Origin: an uncultured delta proteobacterium
Lineage (GTDB): Bacteria; Myxococcota_A; Polyangia; Fen-1088
Assembly (NCBI GenBank): GCA_963767925.1
Contig: CAVYGB010000008.1
Coordinates: 224,001 to 288,000 of the forward strand
Direction of reading: 5' to 3'
DNA length: 64,000 nucleotides
In this document: piece by piece, positions 33,958-45,853 of the stretch
Numbering within the stretch: position 1 is the first letter of the stretch
Layout: each line of letters begins with the position of its first letter
The notes under the pieces: model-generated
Databases searched by the model: none
The model's input: the letters and a program-made list of their open reading frames with translations, nothing else
Told to the model about the DNA's origin: nothing
Program-made: the position numbers and the translations under genes

Positions 33958-35189
33958 ATGCCCCTCGCTCCCGGATCGCCTCGGCCCGTCCGGCCGCCCC
34001 CGCGCTTCCGGCGGCGGCTGCTCCTCATCCTGGTGGCCGCGGGGCTGGGACCGCTCCTGGTCTGGGGCTGGCTGGGACAGTCGCTGCTGGAGGGGGCGCT
34101 GGCAGTCGCGCCGCCGGTGGGGTCGCTGCTCGGTCGGGCCGGCGAGGTGCTGGAGCGGACCGGGGTCGAGCCGCACCTGGTGGGCGACCTCCGCTCGGGT
34201 GAGCTGCATCTGGCCCAGGCCGACCTGGCCCGCCGCCGCCTGCTCGAGCGGGCCCCCGTCTCCTTCCTGATCGCCCTGCTGTTCTCCGCCGCGCTGGTGG
34301 GCGCGGCGGCCTGGCTGATCGGGCGCCGCCTCTCCCGCCCGGTCGAGCAGCTCGCCGCGACGATGGCCCGTTACGGCCGGGGCGAGCTCGACCACCAGGT
34401 CGAGGTCTCGGGGCGCAACGACGAGCTCGACTACCTGGCCCTCGAGCTGAACCGGATGGGGCGCGAGCTGGCCCTGCAGCGCGAGCGGCTGCGCATGAGC
34501 GAGGCGCTCGTGGCCTGGCGCGACACCGCTCGCACTCTGGCCCACGACCTGAAGAACCCCCTGACGGCGATGCGCATGGCCATCGGCCGGCTGGTGCGCC
34601 CGGGTCGCTCCCCGCAGGCGGTCGATGAGTCGGTGTCACTCTTGCAGGAGGAGCTCGACGTGCTGATCCGGATGAGTCAGAGCTTCGCCGAGTTCGCTCG
34701 CTTGCCCGAGCCGCAACCCCGCCCGGTCGACCTGGCCGCGCTCGTCGAGGAGGTGGCGACCCTCTACCGCGCCGAGCGCGCGGGCGGCGCGGTGCAGGTG
34801 GTGGCCCACCTGCGCCCGGTGGTGCTGGCCGACGCCGACCAGCTCCGCCGGGCCCTCGGCAACCTGCTCAAGAACGCCCTCGAGGCGTCGGCGGGCGGGG
34901 CCGGCGCGATCGAGATCGACCTTGGCCCGGCCGAGGTCCCGACGCGGGTCGCGATCGCCGTGCGCGACCGGGGCGCCGGCGTCGGCGCGCCGGTCGAGGG
35001 CGTCGATCTCATGCGCGGCCTGCGCAGCAGCAAGGCCCCGGGCAGCCGCGGCCTGGGGCTGCCCATCGCCTACAAGATCGTGCACGATCACGGGGGCCGT
35101 CTGCGGCTGGAGCCGGCCGCCGGCGGCGGCACCCGGGCGGTCGTCGAGCTGCCGGTGGCGGCGGCGGCCCGCAGCCAGGGAGAGGTGGC

Positions 35190-35193
<4 letters not shown>
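33958..35193 (+). CDS. Membrane HAMP histidine kinase (NtrY-like)
   Basis: Two TMs, [37 protein letters not shown]. Confidence 0.9.
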
Positions 35194-36598
<1,405 letters not shown>

Positions 36599-37716
36599 TT
36601 CACCCGGCGGGGCAGGGCGTACAGGATCGCGGCCAGCGGCACCGTCAGGACCTGGCGGACCCGCAGCAGCAGGGTCATCGCCAGGCCCACCTCGGGACCG
36701 AGGCCCAGGGCCGCGGTGAGGGCGGCCTGGGTCCCCTCCTGGACGCCGATCTGGCTGGGGATGACCACCGCCGCCACCGAGAGCGCCACCGGGACCGCCG
36801 CCAGGCAGAGCAGGCTCGGCAGGTCGATGGCGACGCCGAGCGCGCGCAGGGCCACGTGGATCTCGAGGGTGAAGAAGGCCCGGGCCACCAGGTGTTGCCC
36901 CAGGGCCAGGGCCAGCCGCGCCCGGGGCCCGGTCACGATCGCGCGCAGCGCCTCGTCGAGCTGCACCTCCGGGATGTCGAGGTTCGCGGGGGCCCGCGAC
37001 GAGGAGAGGCGGGCCAGCCCCGCACGCAGCTTCAGCCCCGCCCGCAGCAGCGCCGTGAGGGGCGCGCCCCGGGCCGACAGCCACAGGCCCGCCAGCGGCA
37101 GCAGCGCGATGAGGCCCGCCGCGACGACCGCCGCCGGGATGAAGCGGGGCGGGAGCTGCGGCAGCAGGGCGGCGGCCCCCGCGCCCGCCGCGACCGCGAC
37201 CGCGCTGGCCAGCGCGAAGAGCAGCCGCTCGATCACCATCGCGGCCAGGCCGTGGGGCCAGGCCTGGCGGTCGAGCCAGAGCAGCCGGCTGACGTCCCCG
37301 ACGCTCAGGAGCGGCAAGATGGCGTTCATGCCAGCCGCGGCGGTGCGGCTGACAACGGCGGCGGCCACGCCGGGCCGCAGCGCGGGAGGCAGCAGCAGGC
37401 GCCAGGGCAGGGCGGAGACCGCGATCCCGGTGAAGCCAAACGCGAGCATGGCGAGCGCGGCGCCCGGCCGCACGCCCCGCAGGGTTTGCCAGATGCCCGC
37501 CACGCCCACCCGGCTCAGCAGGGTTGCCATGAGCGCCAGGCCGACCAGCCAGGCCAGGAGGGCCAGCCAGCGGGCGCGGGTCATGGGCCGTTACCGCCGG
37601 ACGGTGAGAGAGAGGCCATGGTCCGATGATGTCAAAGTCACATCCAGCCCGTCGAGAGGATGTGTCCCTGACCCTGCCCGGGGCTGCACCGGGGGCGCGT
37701 CCATGCCAAAGTGGGC

Positions 37717-37732
37717 TGGCACGGAGCCTGCT
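37717..37732 (+). promoter_or_regulatory. Sigma-54 (-24/-12) promoter
   Basis: TGGCACG-GAGC-CTGCT with correct GG-N10-GC spacing, 14 bp before ATG at 37746. Confidence 0.65.
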
Positions 37733-37745
37733 GTTCGCAGCACCC

Positions 37746-40064
37746 ATGACGTTTCGTCGGTTCGCAGAGCGGTTCCAGGTGGTGACGGTACTGGTCGGGG
37801 CGGCGCTGGCCATCGGGAGCGCGACCGTCCAGGCCGCGCCGCCGCGCTGGCAGAGCACCCCGCCCCGGCCCCCGGAGGGCCCCGAGAAGGAGCGAGACGG
37901 CTGCCTGGAGAGCCCGACTGGCGATCCGGCCCTCGACGAGGTCGTGCGCGCCCTCGTCTTCCAGATCGGCGGCGAGCAGAAGCCGCTCGCAGCGGTGCGG
38001 CTGGCCGGACTGAGCGCGGTCAAGGAAGGGGCCCTCTGGGAGGCCGTCGGCGGCCAGCCGGCGAGCTGGGATCCCGCGCGCGCCGCCCTGGTGCTGCGGC
38101 GGCTGGTCAGGCTGGAGCTCTTCGACCAGATCGCGCCGGTCATCGAGGTGGACCCGGTGGCCGGTCCGACCCTGCTGGTCAACCTGGTCGAGCATCCCAG
38201 CGTGGTGAAGGTCGTGTTCGAGGGCCTGAGCGAGCTGCAGCCCGAAGGCCTCCTCGACGAGCTGCTCGACTCACCCTCGCCCGAAGAGGTGGAGCGGCGG
38301 CGGCTCCCCGCGCGCATCTCGGTCGCCGAGGCGGAGGGCGATCGGGACAGCCAGGAGATGAAGGACCTACCCCCCGGTCCCCGCGGGGCCCTGCGCCGCC
38401 TGAAGCGGATCTTCGAGAAGGAGCGCCGCGAGGAGCGGCGCTGCGCCGACCCGCTGCCGCCCCGGGACTGGCTGGCCCGGGCCGAGGGGGACACGGTGTT
38501 TCCCGGTCTGGTCTGGAAGGGGCTGGTGCCGGCGCTCGATCGGGTGCAACACCGCATGTTCCAGCGGGGCTACGAGCTGTCGCGCCTCGAGGCCGAGCTG
38601 GCCCCCGACGGAACCCTCACCGTCCGGATCGACGAGGGCAAGATCAGCCGGGTGGAGGTGAGCGGGGTCGCCGGCCGGCTGACGCCGGAGGTCCGCAACC
38701 TGGTCGGCATCCAGCCGGGTGAGCCCTTCGTGGAGTCCGATCTCGACGAGAGTCTGCGGCGGATCGAGCGGGCCTTCCCCTTTCTGCGCCCCCATCGCCA
38801 GGAGCTGACCAGCCGGGCCGAGCCGGGGATCGAGGAGCTGCCGGCCGGGGAGGGCCCCCGCCGCTACCGCAGCGTCGAGCGGCCACCGGCGACCGAGCAC
38901 CGCTGGTTCACCGTCTCGGGGGGCACCCTTGTCGTCCACCTCAAGGCCCAGCGGGGGGACAGCGACACCAGCCTCCAGGAGATCTTGCGCCACACGCCGG
39001 TGACGAGCTTCGCCCCCGGCCTGGAGACGACGGGCAAGTTGTGGGATCCGGAGAACCGGGTCCACGTGATGCTCGACCTCGACGGCAACGTCAACACCCA
39101 CCGCGCCTCCGAGGCGGCGCCGGGCACGGAGCGCTGGCGCTTCGACGGGCGGGCCGGGGGGCGGGTGCAGATCCCCGGCCTGAAGGTGGCCGAGCTGGGC
39201 GTGCAGGTCTACACGCTGGTCGACACCTCCGACCGCTGGCGGCTGGGGGCCATCGACTCTTACATCTATTCGCTGCTGATCAACCGGCCGGACAGCGACT
39301 ACTTTCACCGGGAGGGCCTGACCGCCTTCCTCACGTTTCATCTGTTCGACCGGCTGACCGCCGGCGTCGAATACCGCCGGGACCGCTACCAGTCGCTGGT
39401 CTCGGCCGGCGACGTGTTCACGCTCTTCCGGCGATCGGAGCTGGCGCCGTTCACTCCGCTCATCAACGAGGGGCGGATGGGCTCGGTCCTCGTCCGGCTG
39501 GAGTATTCGACCCACGCCGTGCCCCTGCACCGGCTGGGCAGCCGCCGCCGCGACGCCGAGCGCTCGCTGGTGGCGGGCGACGGGCCATCCTTCTGGACGG
39601 AGCTGCGCACGGTCAACACCGTCGAGATCGCCGATCCGGACCTGGGGGGCGACGCTGCCTTCCAGTTCGTCCGCCTGGTGAGCGATACCGCCGTCTTCCT
39701 TGGCGGCAGCCGCCGGTCGGGCATCAAGCTGCGCGGCCGGGCGGCCGGCCAGCTCGGCGACGGGGCCGTCCCCCTGCAGAAGCGGGAGGCGCTCGGGGGC
39801 TGGTCGGCGCTGCGCGGGTATGGCTTCAAGGAGGTCGCCGGCGACTTCTCGCTGCTGGGCACCGCCGAATACCGCAACGACGGCCTCTCCCTGTTCGTCG
39901 ACGCGGGCTCGGTCCGGGCGGGCGGCGCCTTCACCGATCCCCGGGTGGGGTTCGGGGCCTCGCTGAACTTCGGAGACGAGGCCCGCTTCGACGTGGCCTG
40001 GCGGGCCGACGGGGAGGCCAGCTGGCGCCCCGAGGCCCGGCTGCTGTTCGAGAGGACCTTCTGA
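37746..40064 (+). CDS. Omp85/BamA-TamA-like outer membrane protein with POTRA-like domains
   Basis: Signal peptide, POTRA-like RGYELS..LTVRIDEGKISRVEVSG, barrel LGG..ALRGY, LFVDAG, C-terminal Phe. Confidence 0.7.
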   Translation: MTFRRFAERFQVVTVLVGAALAIGSATVQAAPPRWQSTPPRPPEGPEKERDGCLESPTGDPALDEVVRALVFQIGGEQKPLAAVRLAGLSAVKEGALWEAVGGQPASWDPARAALVLRRLVRLELFDQIAPVIEVDPVAGPTLLVNLVEHPSVVKVVFEGLSELQPEGLLDELLDSPSPEEVERRRLPARISVAEAEGDRDSQEMKDLPPGPRGALRRLKRIFEKERREERRCADPLPPRDWLARAEGDTVFPGLVWKGLVPALDRVQHRMFQRGYELSRLEAELAPDGTLTVRIDEGKISRVEVSGVAGRLTPEVRNLVGIQPGEPFVESDLDESLRRIERAFPFLRPHRQELTSRAEPGIEELPAGEGPRRYRSVERPPATEHRWFTVSGGTLVVHLKAQRGDSDTSLQEILRHTPVTSFAPGLETTGKLWDPENRVHVMLDLDGNVNTHRASEAAPGTERWRFDGRAGGRVQIPGLKVAELGVQVYTLVDTSDRWRLGAIDSYIYSLLINRPDSDYFHREGLTAFLTFHLFDRLTAGVEYRRDRYQSLVSAGDVFTLFRRSELAPFTPLINEGRMGSVLVRLEYSTHAVPLHRLGSRRRDAERSLVAGDGPSFWTELRTVNTVEIADPDLGGDAAFQFVRLVSDTAVFLGGSRRSGIKLRGRAAGQLGDGAVPLQKREALGGWSALRGYGFKEVAGDFSLLGTAEYRNDGLSLFVDAGSVRAGGAFTDPRVGFGASLNFGDEARFDVAWRADGEASWRPEARLLFERTF

Positions 40065-40101
40065 TGAATTACCGGCACCCTCCGAGGTTCTCCCCGCCAA
40101 C

Positions 40102-40746
40102 GTGACCCGTCGTCCCCGTCGCGTCCGCGCCCTGCTGCTGCTGGCGGCCCTCCTGGCCGCCGGAGGGGCTCGCGCGGCCTGGGCCCAGCCGGCGCTCTCC
40201 TGCCGGGCCGACCCGGCCGGGCAGCGGGCGATCCTGCAGGTGTCGCTGGCCGATCTCTTCGACGAGGAGCTGCTCCGGCTGGTCCAGCTCGGCCTGGTCG
40301 GACGCCTGCGGATCCAGGCGACCCTCTACCGGCCCCGGGCCCTCTGGTTCGACGCCCGCCTCGCCGAGACGAGCCGGGAGCTGGCCGTCTCCTGGTCACG
40401 CGAGGAAGAGACCTTCACCGTCGAGGGCCGGCCGGTCTCGCACCCCAACCGGCTCGAGCTGCCCGAGCTGGTCCTGGGCCCGGCGCCAGGCAGCGACGGC
40501 GCCGGTGACCAAGCCTACGTCGAGGTGAATGCCCGGCTCGAGGTGATCACGGCCAGCAGCCTCGGCCAGGTGGCGCGCTGGCTGGTGCGGGGCAAGCCGG
40601 GCGCCACCCGGCGGGCGGCGCCCGACCGAGCGGAGAGCAGCTCTCCGCTGGTCCCCCGGGCGCTCGTCGAATACCTGGCCGCGGACCTGGCCCGGACCAC
40701 CATCGGCAGCTGTCCCCTGCGCCGCAGCCGGCGCCCGCTCCGCTGA
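40102..40746 (+). CDS. Exported protein, DUF4390-like
   Basis: Signal peptide; DEELLRLVQLG..LYRPRALWFDARL pattern. Confidence 0.5.
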   Translation: MTRRPRRVRALLLLAALLAAGGARAAWAQPALSCRADPAGQRAILQVSLADLFDEELLRLVQLGLVGRLRIQATLYRPRALWFDARLAETSRELAVSWSREEETFTVEGRPVSHPNRLELPELVLGPAPGSDGAGDQAYVEVNARLEVITASSLGQVARWLVRGKPGATRRAAPDRAESSSPLVPRALVEYLAADLARTTIGSCPLRRSRRPLR

Positions 40747-40777
40747 GGGGCGATCAGCCGCCCTTCGATCCCGGGGA

Positions 40778-41416
40778 CTAGCCGCCCGACTTTTCCAGCA
40801 CGAGGCCCTCGGGTGAGGCCACCACCTGGTAGACCGCTCCCGTCTCGGGGGCCGCCGCCACCGAGGCGGCCTGCCACTCGCGCACCACCAGCCCCATCGG
40901 CCAGGGCACCGAGGGGCTGCCCGGGCGGAGCCACTCGGGGTTGCGGGTCGGGGGGCTCGTCTCGCCGACCCGGGTGACCCGGACCAGCGCGCTCACCCCC
41001 AGCCGCGAGGGCAGGGCCCGCATGCGCACGAGGTCGGCCGACACGAGGCAGGCCGTGCCCGCGCTGTCGAAGCTCTGCGGCTGCGCGCTACCCTCCACCG
41101 GAGCGAAGGTGATGCGCACCCGGCCCGGAGCGCCCTGCTCGCAGCGGAGCTCGGCCAGGCGTACCCGACCCTCCAGGCGGGCGTGATCGCGCAGCAGGCG
41201 GGTGATCCCGTACGCCACGCCACCGATGCTGAGCAGGCCGGCGCACAGGGCCGTGACGATCACGTAGGTCGCACCTCCCAGTGGCACCCGGGGCCGGTCG
41301 AACAGGCGCCGGAGCGCGCAGGACGCCAGCCAGAGGAAGAGCACCGCCCCCGCCAGGCCCGCCGCGCCGCCGACGGCGATCAGCAGGTAGGGGGAGTCGT
41401 GCAGCGAGCCGGTCAC
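40778..41416 (-). CDS. Hypothetical membrane protein (2 TM)
   Basis: Two hydrophobic segments and GC3-biased codons. Confidence 0.6.
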   Translation of the reverse strand: MTGSLHDSPYLLIAVGGAAGLAGAVLFLWLASCALRRLFDRPRVPLGGATYVIVTALCAGLLSIGGVAYGITRLLRDHARLEGRVRLAELRCEQGAPGRVRITFAPVEGSAQPQSFDSAGTACLVSADLVRMRALPSRLGVSALVRVTRVGETSPPTRNPEWLRPGSPSVPWPMGLVVREWQAASVAAAPETGAVYQVVASPEGLVLEKSGG

Positions 41417-41617
41417 GTCGGCACCAATTTAACGACAGGCCGTCGCCCCGGCAAGCCGCGCCGAGGCGGAGGCCGCGCAAGCCGCGGTGGTGGCGGGCGA
41501 ATCCTGTCAGGCGCGGGCGAGCGTCGACAACGTGTAATCCCCGATGGGAGACCGCAGGCAGTCCGGAAGCCGCAGCTACCCGAGAGTGTCGCGCACCTCT
41601 TCGGCTCAGCCGGTGTG

Positions 41618-42997
41618 CTAGGGATTGTTTTCGAAGTAGTCGGGTCCCCTCGCTTCGCTCGGGCCCGACTGGTCGAGCTTTCGCCTGGCCAAGGACCGCC
41701 ATAGCCCGTGGAAGACCGCACCCGCGCCGATGGTGAGCACCCCGGCGAGGGCCACGACGGGACGGCGGGCGATCGCCTCGGCGGCCATCCAGACCGAAAG
41801 CGAGAAGTAGACGACCGCCGGCAGGGGCCAGGCCGGCGCGCGATAGGGGCGAGGGGTACCCCGCTCACGGCGCCGGAGCACCACCGCCGCGAGCACCGTG
41901 GCGGCCGCGCTGAGACCCAGGGTGAATCCCACGTAGAGGAGCAGCGCCTCGAAGGTCGCCGTCGAGGCCAGCGCCAGGGCCAGGGCCCCTTGTAGCAGAG
42001 CGCCGGCGCTGGGGGCTCCGCGCCGGTTGCGGCGGGCCAGGCTGGCGAAGAACATCCCGTCCTCGGCCATCGCGAGGTAGACCCGCGGGCCGGTCATCGC
42101 CAGCGCGCTCACCGAGGCGGCCAGGATCAAGCAGATCAGGCCGGACAGGGCGCGGGCCGCGCCTTCGCCGAACAGGGCCCGGGCCCCCGTGTGCGCCACC
42201 TCGATCTTGCCGGCCAGCTCGGCCGGCGCCACCGCGTACAGGAGGATCGCATTGAGCGCGACATAGAGGGCGGTGACGAGGCCACAGCCCAGCAGCAGCG
42301 CGCGGGGCAGGTCCCTGCGCGGCTCGCGCAGCTCGGCCGTCACGTAGGCCGCCGCGCTCCAGCCGAAGTAGCTGTACGAGACGAGCACCAGACCGATGGC
42401 CAGCCCGCCCAGGCTGGGGGCGGGCAGTAGGGTGCCCGGCGGGGAAGGGGCGGGCGCGGCGCCGGCGGCTGGTCCCGAAAACGTGGCCAGCGCGCCGAGC
42501 CCGATCAGGCCCGCCATGGCGAGCACGTTGAGCCCGGTCACCGCCGTCTGGAGCCGGCCGGCCCAGATCACCTCTTGCGCGTGCAGCAGGGTGACGAGCG
42601 CGATCAGGAGCAGCGCCGCCGCGTTTGCCGGCGCGCCCGGCCAGGCCGCCTGCAGGTAGCGCCCGAAGGCGGCGGCGCCGGCCGCCATGGGCGCCGCGAA
42701 GCCCACCAGCAGGGCGACCCATCCCGAGAGGAACCCGACGACGGGATGAAAGGCCCGCGACAGGTAGACGTATTCGCCCCCCACCCGCGGCAACATGGCC
42801 CCGAGCTCGGCGTACACCGCGGCCCCCGACAGCGCCAGCACGCCACCGACCACCCAGCACAGCAGGACCGCCCAGCGCGTGCCCAGCTCCGACAGCAGAA
42901 ACCCGCTCGTGGTGAAGACCCCGGTCCCCAGCATGCTCCCGATCACCAGCGCCCCCCCACCCCACCCCGAAAGCCTCCCCTCCCCCCCGCCCGTCAT
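41618..42997 (-). CDS. APC-family amino acid permease
   Basis: GSMLGTGVF, YAELGAMLPRVGGEYVYL, YSYFGW, GPRVYLAMAEDG, RPYR. Confidence 0.9.
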   Translation of the reverse strand: MTGGGEGRLSGWGGGALVIGSMLGTGVFTTSGFLLSELGTRWAVLLCWVVGGVLALSGAAVYAELGAMLPRVGGEYVYLSRAFHPVVGFLSGWVALLVGFAAPMAAGAAAFGRYLQAAWPGAPANAAALLLIALVTLLHAQEVIWAGRLQTAVTGLNVLAMAGLIGLGALATFSGPAAGAAPAPSPPGTLLPAPSLGGLAIGLVLVSYSYFGWSAAAYVTAELREPRRDLPRALLLGCGLVTALYVALNAILLYAVAPAELAGKIEVAHTGARALFGEGAARALSGLICLILAASVSALAMTGPRVYLAMAEDGMFFASLARRNRRGAPSAGALLQGALALALASTATFEALLLYVGFTLGLSAAATVLAAVVLRRRERGTPRPYRAPAWPLPAVVYFSLSVWMAAEAIARRPVVALAGVLTIGAGAVFHGLWRSLARRKLDQSGPSEARGPDYFENNP

Positions 42998-43015
42998 CCT
43001 GATCCCCGTCAGTCA

Positions 43016-43220
43016 TCTCTGATCCGAGCTGAACATCTCCATCCACCCAACGCGAGCACCGCCCAACCTTCCACTTTATCCCGCCCGTCCGTAATCTCCG
43101 CGCCGGTCGACATCATCGCGTTCAGCGAGCCCTCTTCCGGGGGCCGCCTTCCACTCCGTCTCTGATCCGAGCTGAACATCTCCATCCATCCAACGCCAGG
43201 ACCACCCAACGCTCCACTTT
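43016..43220. repeat. Two 62-bp direct repeats, 81-bp spacer
   Basis: 43016-43077 versus 43159-43220. First 30 bp identical, 6 mismatches overall. Confidence 0.92.
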
Positions 43221-43290
43221 CTGCGTTCGGAGGCGGGCTCCGCCGGCCGGAGAGACATTCCGCCGCAGCTTCAATCGTCACTCCTCCGTC

Positions 43291-43340
43291 GGGGAGAGGG
43301 CTCGGGGGAGGGGGCACGGTCTGCCGTGTCCCCTTCCCCG
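43291..43340. repeat. REP-like hairpin / terminator after dGTPase-like gene
   Basis: GGGGAGGGGGCACGG-TCTG-CCGTGTCCCCTTCCCC, preceded by GGGGAGAGGG. Confidence 0.5.
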
Positions 43341-43341
43341 C

Positions 43342-44388
43342 TCAGTAAATCATCCACCGCCGAGGGAGGAAGTGCTCCTCGTAGGTGCGGAGGGCGTAAC
43401 GGTCGGTCATGCCGGTGATGAAGTCGGCGATGGCGCGGGGGAGCGGCTCGTCCTCGGGCAGGCCCTTGGGCCAGTGTTTCTCCCGGAACTCGTCGGCGTG
43501 GCTGTGAAAGTGGGACCAGAGCTCGCTCAGCACCCGCTGGGCCCGCTCGAACTCGTGCCGGATCTCCGGGCGCTCGTAGACCGTCTCGTAGAGAAAATCC
43601 CGGAGCGAGATGAGCGCCGCCAGCACCTCCTCGGTCATGCGGATCTGCCGCTTCTCCTCCAGGCGGGAGGCCGTGATCACGTCCATCACCAGCCGGGTGA
43701 TGCGCTCGCTGTGGGTGGCGCCGAGCATCGCCAGGATCGCCGGCGGCACTTGCTCGGCCGAGAGGACCCGCCCGCGGATGGCGTCGTCCAGGTCGTGGTT
43801 GACGTAGGCCACGATGTCGCTGATGCGCACGATCTGGCCCTCGAGGGTCATCGCCAGCAGGTTCGGGTTGTCGGAGATGATGTGTCCCTTGCCCTTGGAA
43901 TGCTTGAGGATGCCGTCGCGCACCTCCGCCGACAGGTTCAGGCCGCGCCCGTCCCGGGCCAGCACGTCCACCACGCGCAGCGACTGCTTGACGTGGTGAA
44001 AGCCATCGGGGAGCAGCTTGGCCAGCACCTTCTCCCCGGCGTGTCCGAAGGGGGTGTGACCCAGGTCATGGCCCATGACGATGGCCTCGGTGAGCGACTC
44101 GTTCAGCCGCAGGGCCCGCGTGATGGTGCGGGCGATCTGGGCCACCTCGAGGGTGTGGGTCATCCGCGTGCGGTAGTGGTCCCCCTCGGGGGCCAGGAAG
44201 ACCTGGGTCTTGCCGCCCAGGCGGCGGAAGGCCTTGGAGTGGATGATCCGGTCGCGGTCGTGCTGGAAGATGGGCCGGATGTCGTCGAGCGGCTCGGGCC
44301 GCTGGCGGCCCCGGCTGGTCCGGCTCCTCTGCGCGAACGGCGACAGGACCTGGTCCTCGTCGGCCTCGAGCTGTTCGCGAATGGTCAT
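43342..44388 (-). CDS. dgt: Deoxyguanosinetriphosphate triphosphohydrolase-like HD protein
   Basis: FQHDRDRIIHSKAFRRL..KTQVF, RTRMTHTLEV, HDLGHTPFGHAGE, AYVNHDLDD, DFITGMTD. Confidence 0.92.
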   Translation of the reverse strand: MTIREQLEADEDQVLSPFAQRSRTSRGRQRPEPLDDIRPIFQHDRDRIIHSKAFRRLGGKTQVFLAPEGDHYRTRMTHTLEVAQIARTITRALRLNESLTEAIVMGHDLGHTPFGHAGEKVLAKLLPDGFHHVKQSLRVVDVLARDGRGLNLSAEVRDGILKHSKGKGHIISDNPNLLAMTLEGQIVRISDIVAYVNHDLDDAIRGRVLSAEQVPPAILAMLGATHSERITRLVMDVITASRLEEKRQIRMTEEVLAALISLRDFLYETVYERPEIRHEFERAQRVLSELWSHFHSHADEFREKHWPKGLPEDEPLPRAIADFITGMTDRYALRTYEEHFLPRRWMIY

Positions 44389-44452
44389 CCCCGAATAAGA
44401 GCGCCAAGACCGGCCGAACGCCAGCGACATCGACCCGGCGGGTCGGGCGGCA

Positions 44453-45736
44453 CTAGGACTTCGGGGAGATGTTGATGGTGGCGGTCGGCATCTGGCGCAT
44501 GGCCCGCTCCCGGGCAACGCGCGCCTTCTTGGCCCGCAAGGTGTAGCGGTAGGTGAGGGTGTCGCTCGGCGGGATGACGGTCTCGGTGAACAGCCGGGCC
44601 GGATCTTCGAAGCGGTTGTCGACCCGCACCTCGAAGTGCAGGTGGGGCGGCGAGCGCCGCACCCCCGTGCGGCCGACCAGGCCAATGGTCTGCCCCGCGC
44701 GCACGATCTCGCCGGTGGCGACGAAGTAGCGGTCGAGGTGCATGTAGCAGGTCACCACCCGCTGAGCGGCCTTCTCCGGGTCGTTCAGGTTGTGGCGGAT
44801 GCACAAGTAGATGCCGCCGCGGCCCAGGTTCTGGTTGGCGTAGCGGGCGATGCGGGAGGGCGGGATGGGACCGTAGCGCACGTTGCTGATGAGGTTGACC
44901 CCGGCGAAGATCACCTTGCCGTCGGCGACCGCGCGGATGGGCTCACCCGGCGAAGCCACCAGATCGAGCCCCCGGTGGGTACGGGCGCCACGGTCGCGGT
45001 CGGCGCCGGGGCCGCTCGTCGCGACCCGGGGCGAGGCCTCGAGCGGGGGCACCACCGCCAGGCCGAAGGCGGTCAGCTTGGGCTCCTCGATCGAGCCCAG
45101 GTACCGCCGCAGCAGGCGGCGTCGCGCGGTCAGCACCATGTCCTCGGAGCCGCTGCTGTTGACCTGGTCGCCCCAGTAAAAGTGCGAGACGGCGCTGCGA
45201 TGATCGACGCCACCGAAGGCCAGATCGAGCGCATCGTGCTGCTCTTGCCACATGCGCAGCAGGCGGGCGCCCAGGCTCACGTTGGCCCGCGCGCTCAGCA
45301 GGTTGGCCGGCCGCCACTCGTCGTCGTGCACCGGCAGCTCGGGGGCGCCGGTGCGCAGGTACATCGAGGGCTGCAGCAACAGCAGGCCAAAGCCGCCGCG
45401 CGACTCCAGCTTGGACCGGCAGCGGCTGCGCTCGCTCGCCAGGGCCGCCAGCAAGAAGGGGTCGACGCCCGCCTCGCGGGCCCCCGCCAGGATCTCGTAG
45501 GCCGGGGTCTGTTCCACCGGCTTGCGACAGAGGTAAGCCACCGCCTCGCGGAACCGCTCGGGCACGATCTCCGGAGGGACCGCCGGCTCGTCGGGCCAGC
45601 GCTCCACGTCCAGAAGCTGATGAGCGGACGGAGGGGGGATGGGAGGCCGGCGCGGCCTCCACGGACGCTGCGCATTCGCCGCACCCCCCACCAGACCCAC
45701 CACCAGGAGCGTGAGTGTGCAAGTCAGCAGCCGCAC
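44453..45736 (-). CDS. Secreted SLT-like domain + M23 metallopeptidase
   Basis: Signal peptide; GVDPFLLAAL..GFGLL..NVSLGARLL (SLT-like); HRGLD, YMHL, GRTG..PHLHFEV (M23). Confidence 0.8.
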   Translation of the reverse strand: MRLLTCTLTLLVVGLVGGAANAQRPWRPRRPPIPPPSAHQLLDVERWPDEPAVPPEIVPERFREAVAYLCRKPVEQTPAYEILAGAREAGVDPFLLAALASERSRCRSKLESRGGFGLLLLQPSMYLRTGAPELPVHDDEWRPANLLSARANVSLGARLLRMWQEQHDALDLAFGGVDHRSAVSHFYWGDQVNSSGSEDMVLTARRRLLRRYLGSIEEPKLTAFGLAVVPPLEASPRVATSGPGADRDRGARTHRGLDLVASPGEPIRAVADGKVIFAGVNLISNVRYGPIPPSRIARYANQNLGRGGIYLCIRHNLNDPEKAAQRVVTCYMHLDRYFVATGEIVRAGQTIGLVGRTGVRRSPPHLHFEVRVDNRFEDPARLFTETVIPPSDTLTYRYTLRAKKARVARERAMRQMPTATINISPKS

Positions 45737-45853
45737 GTGTTCACCTTTATGCCGGAGAAGGTCCGGGCAGGTCAACAGAAGTAAGCGTCAATACCTTCGG
45801 CGCACCGAGGGTAGACCGCTAGCGTACCGGGTAATCCGAGGGAAGACGTTTCC

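Noticed and set aside
41420..41617. SRP RNA-like fragments (GAATCCTGTCAGG; GTCCGGAAGCCGCAGC)
   Set aside because: The pieces are not contiguous and do not form the CAGG-GNRA-AGCA domain IV. More likely a terminator plus promoter.
43016..43220. CRISPR mini-array
   Set aside because: Only two copies. The 62-bp repeat and 81-bp spacer are outside the normal range, there is no clear palindrome, and no cas genes are present.
43342..44388. Antiphage dGTPase
   Set aside because: Looks like the short housekeeping dGTPase-like type with host-like codon usage and no defence-island context.
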